Source of the DNA: Vulcanimicrobiota bacterium
Lineage (GTDB): Bacteria > Vulcanimicrobiota > Vulcanimicrobiia > Eremiobacterales > Eremiobacteraceae
Direction: 5' to 3'
Assembly (NCBI GenBank): GCA_963805945.1
Contig: CAWDVP010000002.1
Location: 448,001-512,000, forward strand
DNA: 64,000 nucleotides
The notes beneath the pieces are model-generated. The model did no database searches, had not been told where the DNA came from, and was given only the letters and a program-made list of their open reading frames with translations. The stretch's first letter is position 1; every line of letters begins with the position of its first letter. Of this stretch, positions 33,139 through 42,958 are shown in pieces. The position numbers and the translations under genes were made by a program.

Positions 33139-33774
33139 ATGAATCTCGCAAGTCTACCGCGCTTTACTATTTCCAAGGTCTTACGATTGAGACCGGATCA
33201 GGATGGCTACGTTGATTTCGAGGTCTCGGGCACGGTGTCCGATGTCCGTGCACTTGAGGTCGGCTCTCGATATTGGTTGTACGTGTCTGGCGGTGACTAT
33301 TCTCCAATCGTCGATGTTCTAAGCCTGGACCAGAAGGAATCAACCGCCACCCTTGACGGCTTAGCGTTCCCCGGTAGTCCGAAGATCCTGATCGGAGATT
33401 CATATCCGATCATAACAGCATACTGGAACGCGAACATCTACGCGGCCATCCTGGACGATAGGCGTATCTGGACCAAGACCCCGGTCACACCGACGGGGTC
33501 TTTCGAGACTATGGTCCCTGGCTACGTCGCGCGCAGCACACCTTCGCGGCCCGGGTTGACGCGTTACTACCCTACCGCAGAGGCACCAGTCGACAAAACG
33601 GCGCGGGTCGTGGATGGCGGTTGGGACCACGAGCACTGCGGTATATGCAATGAGCATATCGGTGCAGACGATCCTGCTGGATTCGTCGATCCAGATGGAT
33701 TATGGCTGTGCGACAAATGCTTCGGCGCGTTCGCCGAACCTCACGACCTTCGATTCATCAGGAAATACCCATGA
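33139..33774 (+). CDS. More AT-rich hypothetical protein with C-terminal WDHEHCxxC...WLCxxC putative zinc site
   Basis: 211-aa ORF with atypical codon usage; GGWDHEHCGIC...WLCDKCF. Confidence 0.7.
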   Translation: MNLASLPRFTISKVLRLRPDQDGYVDFEVSGTVSDVRALEVGSRYWLYVSGGDYSPIVDVLSLDQKESTATLDGLAFPGSPKILIGDSYPIITAYWNANIYAAILDDRRIWTKTPVTPTGSFETMVPGYVARSTPSRPGLTRYYPTAEAPVDKTARVVDGGWDHEHCGICNEHIGADDPAGFVDPDGLWLCDKCFGAFAEPHDLRFIRKYP

Positions 33775-34466
33775 TCATGAGCAACCTGCCGCTGCGCGTC
33801 GTGCTGTTCGACCTTGACGGCACGCTGATAGATTCGACCGAGCTCATCATCTCGTCATTCGACCACACCTACCGCGTCATGGGCCGCGTCATGTCGGCTG
33901 ATCAGATCGCGGCCGACCTCGGCCTGCCGTTGCGCGACACCCTGCAGCGCTATTTCCAGGGTGCCGATCTCGAACGGGCGATGCAGGTCTACATCGCCCA
34001 CAACCTCGCGCGCCACGATGACAGCGTGCGCCAGATGGCGGGCGTGGCCACCCTCGTCCACCGGCTGGCCGCGGGCGGGCTGCGCCTCGGGGTGGTCACC
34101 TCGAAGATGAGGGACACGGCCGTGCGGGGGCTCACCTTATGTCACCTTGACCGGCCTTTCGAAGTAGTAGTCGCCAAGGAAGATACGCGACGCCACAAGC
34201 CGGACTGCGAGCCGCTGCTGTACGCCCTCGCCGCGTTCCAAGCCGATGCCGCGCAGTGCGCGTACGTGGGCGACACGCCGCTGGATATCGAGGCGGCGCG
34301 CGGTGCGGGGGTCCGCAGCGTCGGCGCGCTGTGGCGGCCCGTCGAGCCAAGCGCCTTCGGCGAATGGGTGCCCGACGCGTACGCACGGACGCCGGACGAA
34401 GCGGCCGATATCTTAGAGGGTTGGCGCGATGGCCGGCAGGACGCGTCCGCCGAAGAGGCGATGTAG
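33771..34466 (+). CDS. HAD-family hydrolase (PpaX-like)
   Basis: VLFDLDGTLIDS, GVVTSK, HKPDCEPL, YVGDTPLDI. Confidence 0.9.
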   Translation: MIMSNLPLRVVLFDLDGTLIDSTELIISSFDHTYRVMGRVMSADQIAADLGLPLRDTLQRYFQGADLERAMQVYIAHNLARHDDSVRQMAGVATLVHRLAAGGLRLGVVTSKMRDTAVRGLTLCHLDRPFEVVVAKEDTRRHKPDCEPLLYALAAFQADAAQCAYVGDTPLDIEAARGAGVRSVGALWRPVEPSAFGEWVPDAYARTPDEAADILEGWRDGRQDASAEEAM

Positions 34467-34511
34467 AGGCCGAACGGGCGATAATGTAGGGGCCGAACTT
34501 TAGTTCGGCCC
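34461..34511 (+). repeat. Family A REP (34484-34511) preceded by a partial copy containing the HAD stop codon
   Basis: atgtagaggccgaac...atgtag gggccgaact tt agttcggccc. Confidence 0.8.
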
Positions 34512-34526
34512 AAAGGAAGAACCGCG

Positions 34527-35270
34527 ATGTCGATGTTCGATTTCATCTCATTCCTCATCAACGGCGGTCCGACGCGCACGATCACCGCGTGGACCAGCGA
34601 CGACATCTCGCCCGAGGCGTTCGCGGCCGCGCAGGCCGGCGCCGGTGCAGCGGACGCGGTCGCATCCGCGCCCGCGGCGAAGCCGATGTGGCAGCAGGCC
34701 AAAGATCAAGTGGCCGCGCTCAGGCAAGTGGATCCGGATTTTTCGGAGACGGCGTTTCTCGAACAAGCGGCGCAGACGTTTCAAACCGCGCTCGCGGCCG
34801 AGGGCGATATGAACCCGGCCGAGGCCGGCGACGCCGCGACGCAGGCATTTCGCGACAACCTCGCGCAGCGCATCGCGGCGTGGCAGAGCGCCGGGCTCGT
34901 CCGCCACGTCACCGACGTGAGGATCGACCCGCCGATGATCTTCAAGGCGGCGGTCGACGGCACGCAGCAGCAGATCATGGTGCGCTTCACCGGCTCGGCG
35001 GTGCGCTACGCCGCTGCGGCGGTGGGCGGCAGTCCGACGGACGCCGGCCACGTGCCCGAGTCGTTCTCGCTATTCGCGTCGTTCGTGCGCCCGGCGGGCA
35101 CGACGACGCCGAAATCGGTCGACGCCGGCGGGCCATCGTACTGTCCGGGCTGCGGCGCGCCGATGGAGCCGGGCGCGGGAGTCTGCCCGTATTGCAGGAC
35201 GCCGCTCACCGCGACGAGCGCAGCATGGCAGCTCGACCAGATCGGGGCCTCGCCCTACACCATGCAATAA
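34527..35270 (+). CDS. Tim44-like domain protein with C-terminal zinc ribbon
   Basis: LRQVDPDFSETAFLEQA, IMVRFTG, CPGCGAP...CPYCRT...WQLDQI. Confidence 0.8.
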   Translation: MSMFDFISFLINGGPTRTITAWTSDDISPEAFAAAQAGAGAADAVASAPAAKPMWQQAKDQVAALRQVDPDFSETAFLEQAAQTFQTALAAEGDMNPAEAGDAATQAFRDNLAQRIAAWQSAGLVRHVTDVRIDPPMIFKAAVDGTQQQIMVRFTGSAVRYAAAAVGGSPTDAGHVPESFSLFASFVRPAGTTTPKSVDAGGPSYCPGCGAPMEPGAGVCPYCRTPLTATSAAWQLDQIGASPYTMQ

Positions 35271-35297
35271 TGCCCGAGCTTTCGCTCGGGCACTACA
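35271..35297 (-). repeat. REP element family C
   Basis: Minus strand tgtag tgcccgagc gaaa gctcgggca; degenerate relative at 39530-39554. Confidence 0.65.
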
Positions 35298-35317
35298 GCC
35301 TGGCTTCGTAAGGGAAG

Positions 35318-35755
35318 TTACATCTTGTCGTCGGGGCCGGGATCGCCGCCCTCGCCGACGGTCTTGAGGCGGCCGAGGTAGTACGTCCACCCTTTGCGGT
35401 GATCGGAAGCCCACTCGGCGTCGACAAATCCGGTGTGCGTCAGATGCACGATCGTGCCCGAACCGTCTGTGCGCAGATCGTAGCGGACGATCGTGCGCGA
35501 GCCGATAGGCGTCTTCTTGTAGTCCCAGGTGTACGCGACGACGCGCGGCGGATCAAACTCGACGACCTCGCCGAAACAGACGAACTCGCCCTTTTCAAAG
35601 CCGAACGCGCCGCCGACCTTCGGCTCGAACACGGTCACGGGAAACCAGCGTTTCATCTGCGCGGGCTCGGTGAGCAGCGCGAAGACCGCCTCCTGCGGGG
35701 CTTCGATCCGGATCGTCTGTTCGACGAGTAGCTGCTCTTTGGTGTCCTTGATCAT
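35318..35755 (-). CDS. SRPBCC/AHSA1 domain protein
   Basis: IRIEAPQEAVFALLT, GTIVHLTHTGF, HRKGWTYYLGRL. Confidence 0.9.
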   Translation of the reverse strand: MIKDTKEQLLVEQTIRIEAPQEAVFALLTEPAQMKRWFPVTVFEPKVGGAFGFEKGEFVCFGEVVEFDPPRVVAYTWDYKKTPIGSRTIVRYDLRTDGSGTIVHLTHTGFVDAEWASDHRKGWTYYLGRLKTVGEGGDPGPDDKM

Positions 35756-36084
35756 GCTTTTCTCCTTCGGCTGCGGTTGCGATGGTCGCTCTCGGCGACC
35801 GCTTTGAGGTTGGCGAGCGCCGCCGACCAGAAGGTATCCAGGTACGCGCGCAGCCGCTCGATGCCGTCGGCGTCGAGCTGGTAAAGACGTCTCGTACCAT
35901 TTCGCCTGTCCGTCACAAGGCCCGCTTCCTTGAGGATCTTGAGGTGTTGCGATACCGCCGGCCGGCTCACCGGCAGGCGTGCCGCGAGCTCCCCGACCGG
36001 CCGCGCCCCTCGCTTGAGCGTATCGAGGATCGCGCGCCGCGTCGGGTCGCCAAGTGCGTCGAGGACTCTATCGTAAGTCTGCAC
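35752..36084 (-). CDS. ArsR/SmtB family regulator
   Basis: ALGDPTRRAIL, VSRPAVSQHLKILKEAGLV, GTRRLY. Confidence 0.93.
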   Translation of the reverse strand: MQTYDRVLDALGDPTRRAILDTLKRGARPVGELAARLPVSRPAVSQHLKILKEAGLVTDRRNGTRRLYQLDADGIERLRAYLDTFWSAALANLKAVAESDHRNRSRRRKA

Positions 36085-36121
36085 TAACCGTAAGGTACCA
36101 CTAACCGATAGGATCTGTCAA
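36072..36121 (-). promoter_or_regulatory. Probable leaderless promoter with tandem ArsR operator
   Basis: Minus strand TTGACA-18 nt-(TG)TACCTT-7 nt-GTG start; two 17-bp-period copies of cggttagtg-N4-cttac. Confidence 0.6.
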
Positions 36122-36182
36122 GCGGCGGCCTGGAGCAGCCCTCGAAGAGGGCGCCGCGGATGCCGGGTATCGGACGGTGAAG

Positions 36183-36623
36183 CTACATGCCCATGGAGTC
36201 TGGGCCGGGATCGCCGCCTTCGCCAGCGGTCTTGAGGCGCCCGAGGTAGTGCGTCCAACCCTTGCGGTGATTGGCCGCCTGCTCGGCGTTGGGGAACCCC
36301 GTGTGGGTCAAATGCACGAGCGTGCCGGTGCCGTCTTCGGTCAGTTCGTACGTGAGGACCGTGCGGGCGCCGATGGGGGCGTTCTCCCAATCCCAGGTAT
36401 ACGCGATGAGGCGCGGCTGATCGATCTCGACGATCTCACCGACGCAGATCCAATCGCCCTTGACAAGGCGGAACGTGCCGCCGAGCTTCGGCTCGAACTG
36501 GGTGGCAGGCTGCCATCGCTTCATCTGCTCAAGATCGGTCAGCAATGCGAACACTGATTCTTGCGGCGCCGCGATATGGATCGTCTGGTCGACCAGAAAT
36601 TGTTCCTTGGTGTCTGTGATCAT
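36183..36623 (-). CDS. SRPBCC/AHSA1 domain protein, paralog of 35318-35755
   Basis: MITDTKEQFLVDQTIHIAAPQ...HRKGWTHYLGRLKTAGEGGDPGPD. Confidence 0.9.
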   Translation of the reverse strand: MITDTKEQFLVDQTIHIAAPQESVFALLTDLEQMKRWQPATQFEPKLGGTFRLVKGDWICVGEIVEIDQPRLIAYTWDWENAPIGARTVLTYELTEDGTGTLVHLTHTGFPNAEQAANHRKGWTHYLGRLKTAGEGGDPGPDSMGM

Positions 36624-36677
36624 GGTGTTCTCCTATGCATAGAGTCTACCCAAGTCGCGCTCGAAGCAACCCTATCC

Positions 36678-37901
36678 CTAGGTGGCCGGCGCCTCCGCGT
36701 CGCTCGGGCCGATGAGGCCTAACATCCGGAAGACCGGCTCGAGCAGCGCGCCCTGCACGACGATGGTGAAGAGCACCACCGAGAAGACCATCGAGATGAG
36801 CAGCGAGCGGCCGGGGTAGTCGTCCGGCAGGCTCAGGACGAGCGCCATCGAGAGCGCGCCGCGGATGCCCGCGAGCGTGATGGCGCTCTGCCATGCGGAA
36901 GAGATGGGCCGGCCGAGCAGTTTCGAGACCGGCGCGAGGCCGCGCACGATGAGCGGACGGCTTATGAGCACCGCGGCGAGCCCGAAAATGGCATCGGGCC
37001 ACTCGGCGATGATCTGACCCATGTGGATCGACGTCCCCACGAGCAAGAACAGCACGGTATTGGCGAGGAACGCGATGATCGTCCAGAAGTTGCCGACCTC
37101 AGCCCGCTCCGCCGCCGGCATCCGGCCGAGCGTGCGCGAGCCCGCGACGATCATCGCGGCCGTGATCACCGCGATGATGCCGGAGACGCGCAGGTCATCG
37201 GCGACGAGATACGCGCCATACGCCACCGCGACGGTCACCACGGCGACGATCATCACCTCATCCGCGATGAACCGGATCACGAATCGTGCTGCGTAGCCGG
37301 CGAGGACGCCGACCACCACGCCGCCGGCCGTCATGAAGAAGAACTGCCACAAAGTGTCGCGCAGGTCGATCGCGCCCGGAACGTCGGACAGCGCGACCAT
37401 GAGCGCGCTGAAGGCGACGACGGCCGTGCCGTCGTTGAAGAGGCTTTCGCCTTCCACGATCGCGAGCAGGTTCGGGTCGACACGCATCGCGCGGAACAAC
37501 GAGAGCACCGCCACTGGATCGGTCGCAGCCACGATCGCGCCGAAGATTACCGCCGTGCGCGGCGGCAGATGCGCGCCGTACACCAAGACGACGTACGAGA
37601 ACGCGATGGTCAGCAGCACGCCCAGGGTCGCGAGCAGCGTGATCGGCACGAAGTTGCGCCGCATGTCGCGGACGTCCGCGTTGAGCCCGCCGTCGAACAG
37701 CAGCGGCGGCAGGAAGAAGAACAGCACGAGCCCCGGCGTCAGCTCCAGCAGACGCTGATGCGGCACGAAGCTGATCACCAGGCCGGAGATCACGAGTCCG
37801 ACGGTGTACGGGATGCGCAGGCGCGCCGTGACCACCGAGATCACCACGAAGATCGAAAGCATGAGGGCGACGGTGCTCGCGCCGACCGGCAGATGGGTCA
37901 T
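36678..37901 (-). CDS. CPA1 family Na+/H+ antiporter
   Basis: FLPPLLFDGG, ATDPVAVL, EGESLFNDG, GIRGALSMAL; many TMs. Confidence 0.93.
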   Translation of the reverse strand: MTHLPVGASTVALMLSIFVVISVVTARLRIPYTVGLVISGLVISFVPHQRLLELTPGLVLFFFLPPLLFDGGLNADVRDMRRNFVPITLLATLGVLLTIAFSYVVLVYGAHLPPRTAVIFGAIVAATDPVAVLSLFRAMRVDPNLLAIVEGESLFNDGTAVVAFSALMVALSDVPGAIDLRDTLWQFFFMTAGGVVVGVLAGYAARFVIRFIADEVMIVAVVTVAVAYGAYLVADDLRVSGIIAVITAAMIVAGSRTLGRMPAAERAEVGNFWTIIAFLANTVLFLLVGTSIHMGQIIAEWPDAIFGLAAVLISRPLIVRGLAPVSKLLGRPISSAWQSAITLAGIRGALSMALVLSLPDDYPGRSLLISMVFSVVLFTIVVQGALLEPVFRMLGLIGPSDAEAPAT

Positions 37902-39028
37902 GGGTAGCGGCGCTCGAGATTTTCGGGCAGTGCCGCGAGGATCTCGTAGTTGATGCTGCCCGCGGCGCGCGCCGCCGCCTCGATCTCGATCTCGACGCGC
38001 TCGCCCTGTGCCGGCGCCGGCGCGATATCGGTCACGTCGATCATGCAGGCGTTCATGCAGATGCGTCCGGCGATCGGAGCGCGGCCCGTGGGAAGGCGGA
38101 CGTGCATCCCGCCCGAGGCGGCGGCGCGCGGCAGTCCGTCGGCATAACCGAGCGGCAGGACCGCGATGCGGCTGTCGCGCGCGGCGACGAACGCGCGTCC
38201 GTAGCCGACGCTGTCGCCGGCCGCGACGTCACGCAGCTGCACGATCGGAGCGAACCAGCGCAGCGTCGGCCGCAAGGCGAACGACGCGTCGTCGCCCGCC
38301 AGCACCGCTTCCACTTGCGGCGAGGGCCATCGGCCGTAGAGCGCGATGCCGCAGCGCACCATGTCGAGCCGGGTCTCCGGCCACATCATGGCCGCCGCCG
38401 ACGCGGCGATGTGGAGCAGCGGTTCGTCTGCGGTGCCCGAGCGAAGCTCGGGAACTCGGCTCGCCTCGCGCAGCTCTTCCACTTGCCTCAAGGTGAACGG
38501 CTTGTCGAGGTCCTCGGCATTTGCGAGGTGCGAATAAATCCCGGCGATCGCGACGCCGCGCTCGCGACAGCGCGCGAGCACCGCGGCCGCGTCCTTCGGC
38601 GCGATGCCGAAGCGCCGGATGCCCGTGTCGATCTTCACATGCGCGCTGATCGTGTGGCGCGCGAACGCGTCGACGTCGTCGGCGTCGAGCAGCGCCAGCT
38701 CAAGGCGCGCGCGAGCCGCTTCAACCAGGTCGCCTTCTGCCACAGGGCCGACGACGAGGATCGGCAGCGTGATCCCCGCGGCGCGCAGCGCCAAGCCCTC
38801 GCGCGCCGAGAACACCGCCAGGCGCAATCCGGCGATGCCCGCGCCCGCCAGCGCCTGGCCCACCCGGATCAGCCCATGTCCATAAGCATTGGATTTGATG
38901 ACCGCACAGAGGGACGCCGGCCGGGCCCTGGCAGCCAGCGCGCGGGCGTTGGCGCTGATGGCCGGGAGGTCGATCTCGAGCCAGGACGCGGCCTCAACCA
39001 CGCTTGGGACCGCCCTGGCAGGAACCAC
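37898..39028 (-). CDS. alr: Alanine racemase
   Basis: AVIKSNAYGHG, HVKIDTGIRRFG, MVRCGIALYG, LGYADG, GRICMN, INYE. Confidence 0.95.
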   Translation of the reverse strand: MVPARAVPSVVEAASWLEIDLPAISANARALAARARPASLCAVIKSNAYGHGLIRVGQALAGAGIAGLRLAVFSAREGLALRAAGITLPILVVGPVAEGDLVEAARARLELALLDADDVDAFARHTISAHVKIDTGIRRFGIAPKDAAAVLARCRERGVAIAGIYSHLANAEDLDKPFTLRQVEELREASRVPELRSGTADEPLLHIAASAAAMMWPETRLDMVRCGIALYGRWPSPQVEAVLAGDDASFALRPTLRWFAPIVQLRDVAAGDSVGYGRAFVAARDSRIAVLPLGYADGLPRAAASGGMHVRLPTGRAPIAGRICMNACMIDVTDIAPAPAQGERVEIEIEAAARAAGSINYEILAALPENLERRYP

Positions 39029-39088
39029 TTGTCAAAGCCGGAACCTCCCGGTATACTTGGGTTAGCACTCAAGTGCTAAGACTGCTAA
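39029..39088 (+). promoter_or_regulatory. groESL sigma70 promoter and CIRCE (HrcA operator)
   Basis: TTGTCA-17 nt-TATACT (39029-39057); TTAGCACTC-N9-GACTGCTAA (39062-39088); degenerate second site 39175-39201. Confidence 0.9.
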
Positions 39089-39216
39089 ACCGTGAATAAA
39101 GCCCCATTTCGGGGCACATCCTAGCACCAGAGTTTCACGCCGGCGTGCGCCCGCCCCGCTTTTTGGGCGCGTGCTTGGCGTTCAATCCCCCGCAATGCCA
39201 ATAGGAGGTTGCATCC

Positions 39217-39528
39217 GTGCCCGCTACCGCGTCAAAAGTCGATATCAAACCGCTTGCCGATCGGGTCGTCATCGAGTCCGTCGAGCAGGCGCAACAGAGC
39301 GCCGGCGGCGTCATCCTGCCCGACACCGCCAAAGAAAAACCGCAAGAGGGCATCATCATCGCCGTCGGACCGGGCCGTCGCACCGATAAGGGCGAGGTCA
39401 TCCCCATGGATCTCAAGGTCAACGACCGCGTCATCTATTCGAAGTACTCGGGTTCCGAGATCAAGCTCGACGGCGTCGAGTACCTCATCGTGAGCGAGAA
39501 GGACGTTCTCGCGATCGTCAAGCGCTAA
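39217..39528 (+). CDS. groES: Co-chaperonin GroES
   Basis: IKPLADRVVI, GVILPDTAKEKPQEG, SKYSGSEIK. Confidence 0.97.
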   Translation: MPATASKVDIKPLADRVVIESVEQAQQSAGGVILPDTAKEKPQEGIIIAVGPGRRTDKGEVIPMDLKVNDRVIYSKYSGSEIKLDGVEYLIVSEKDVLAIVKR

Positions 39529-39566
39529 GGAAGTGCCCGAGCACCGCTCGGGAAGGAGAAACGTAA

Positions 39567-41222
<1,656 letters not shown>

Positions 41223-41244
41223 TCGCTCACGCGATCAGTCAACC

Positions 41245-41281
41245 AAAAGGCCCGGCGTGTGAACGCCGGGCCTCTTCTTTA
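41245..41281. terminator. Intrinsic terminator after groEL (possibly bidirectional)
   Basis: aaa aggcccggcgt gtga acgccgggcct cttcttt. Confidence 0.8.
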
Positions 41282-41301
41282 TGGTGCGGTTGAAGGCGCC
41301 G

Positions 41302-41718
41302 CTACTTGAACGTATACGTGAAGTTCTTGTAGTCGCCCGTGTCGACTTCCCTGAACTTCTTGTAGATGAACGGACAGCGGTTCTGCGAGTCATACAGCGT
41401 GAACGGATCGGTGGGATTGACGCAGTTGCTGTACGAGCCGGACCAGGTGTCGCTGCCGTCGTTGCTCTCCGCGTAGACGTACACATAGCGCACGTCCAGA
41501 TCGCCGCCGAGCGCCACTTTGCACTGCCCCGGCGTCAGCCGCCACCATCCTTCGGAGATGAAGTAGCCCTGCTGCGCGTTGTGGTGCGCGACTGCGGTGT
41601 TGATGGTCTCATTCGAATCATTGCAGACGGTGAACGACGCGCGAGCGGGGGCGGGCGAGAGCAACGCCGCCGCTAGAGCTACCGCAGCGCACAAGAAGAG
41701 CGCGGACTTTCCAGACAT
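41302..41718 (-). CDS. Secreted DUF1036-like protein
   Basis: Signal peptide; FTVCND...SEGWWRLTPGQC...YVYVYA...FREVDTG. Confidence 0.8.
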   Translation of the reverse strand: MSGKSALFLCAAVALAAALLSPAPARASFTVCNDSNETINTAVAHHNAQQGYFISEGWWRLTPGQCKVALGGDLDVRYVYVYAESNDGSDTWSGSYSNCVNPTDPFTLYDSQNRCPFIYKKFREVDTGDYKNFTYTFK

Positions 41719-41783
41719 GCCTTCCTCCAATCACGGGTTCCGCCCGTATGACTTGCCGTCAGGGCAGGCTGTTCCATCACTAT

Positions 41784-41811
41784 GTATCGGCCGGTCGGCC
41801 GACTCGCCTTA
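41784..41811 (-). promoter_or_regulatory. Sigma28 (FliA/SigD)-like promoter
   Basis: Minus strand TAAG-N16-GCCGATAC upstream of the DUF1036-like gene. Confidence 0.5.
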
Positions 41812-41898
41812 CCGCTGGGCGCGGCTTCGCCGCCGAAAGTGCTAGTCCCGCGCGGCGGCGAAAGCCAGCGCCCACGAAACGCCCAAAGGAGCGCTTGT

Positions 41899-42866
41899 AT
41901 GAAAGCCGTCGTCGTCAAGGAGTTCGGGGGCCCGGAGCGGCTCGAGTACGTCGACCTCCCGACCCCGGCGCCCGGGCAGGGCCAGGCGCTGGTGCGGATC
42001 ACCGCGAGCGGTGTCAACTTCATCGACGTCTACCACCGCATGGGCAAGTATCCGGGGGCGCTGCCCTTCGTGCTCGGCAACGAGGCGGCCGGTGTGGTCG
42101 AGGCGCTCGGTCCCGGCGCGACCGGCGTCGCGGTCGGCGAGCGCGTCGCGTACTGCAGCGAGCGCGGCAGCTATGCCGAATATGCCGTCGTGCCGGCGCA
42201 TCGGCTCGTCCCCATCCCGTCTTCGGTCGACGATCGCACCGCCGCCGCGGTGCTGCTGCAGGGCATGACCGCCCACTATCTCTGCAACACGACGTTTCCG
42301 ATCAAGGCCGGCGACACCGCGCTCGTGCACGCGGGAGCGGGCGGCGTCGGGCTGCTGCTGACCCAGATGATCGCGCACAAGGGCGCGCACGTCATCACGA
42401 CCGTGTCGACGCAGGAAAAGGCGGCGCTCTCGCGCGGTGCGGGCGCGAAGCGACGTGATCCTCTATACCGATGTCGATTTCGAGACCGAGGTGAAGCGCC
42501 TCACCGGCGGCGCTGGCGTGCCCGTGGTGTACGACTCGGTGGGCAAGACGACGTTTGAGAAAGGGCTGAACTGCCTGCAACGGCGCGGCATGATGGTGAG
42601 TTACGGGCAATCGAGCGGCAACGCGCCGGCGATCGAGCCGCTGCGCCTGGTCGGCGGCTCGCTGTTCCTCACGCGTCCGACGCTCGGCGGATTACGTCGC
42701 GAGCGACGCCGAACTGCGCGAGCGCTCCTCAGCCGTCTTCGGCATGATCGCGAACAGCGCGCTCAAAGTGCGGATCGGGCACGAGTACAAGCTCGCGGAT
42801 GCGGCGCAAGCGCAGCGCGACCTCGAAGCGCGCAAGACGACCGGCAAGGTGATCCTCATCCCGTGA
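41899..42866 (+). CDS. qor: NADPH:quinone oxidoreductase (two apparent frameshifts)
   Basis: [54 protein letters not shown]. Confidence 0.9.
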
Positions 42867-42874
42867 TCAGCGTT

Positions 42875-42946
42875 ATGTAGGGGACGACCTTTAGGTCGTC
42901 CCTCGTCGTCCAATACCGAGGCCGATCTAAAGATCGGCCCCTACAT
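42875..42946. repeat. REPIN: two inverted family A REPs
   Basis: atgtag gggacgacct tt aggtcgtccc - 16 nt - aggccgatct aa agatcggccc ctacat. Confidence 0.88.
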
Positions 42947-42958
42947 TCGACCGATGGG

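Noticed and set aside
31240..33780. Integron cassette array
   Set aside because: No integrase and no convincing paired attC R'/R'' boxes after the inserted genes
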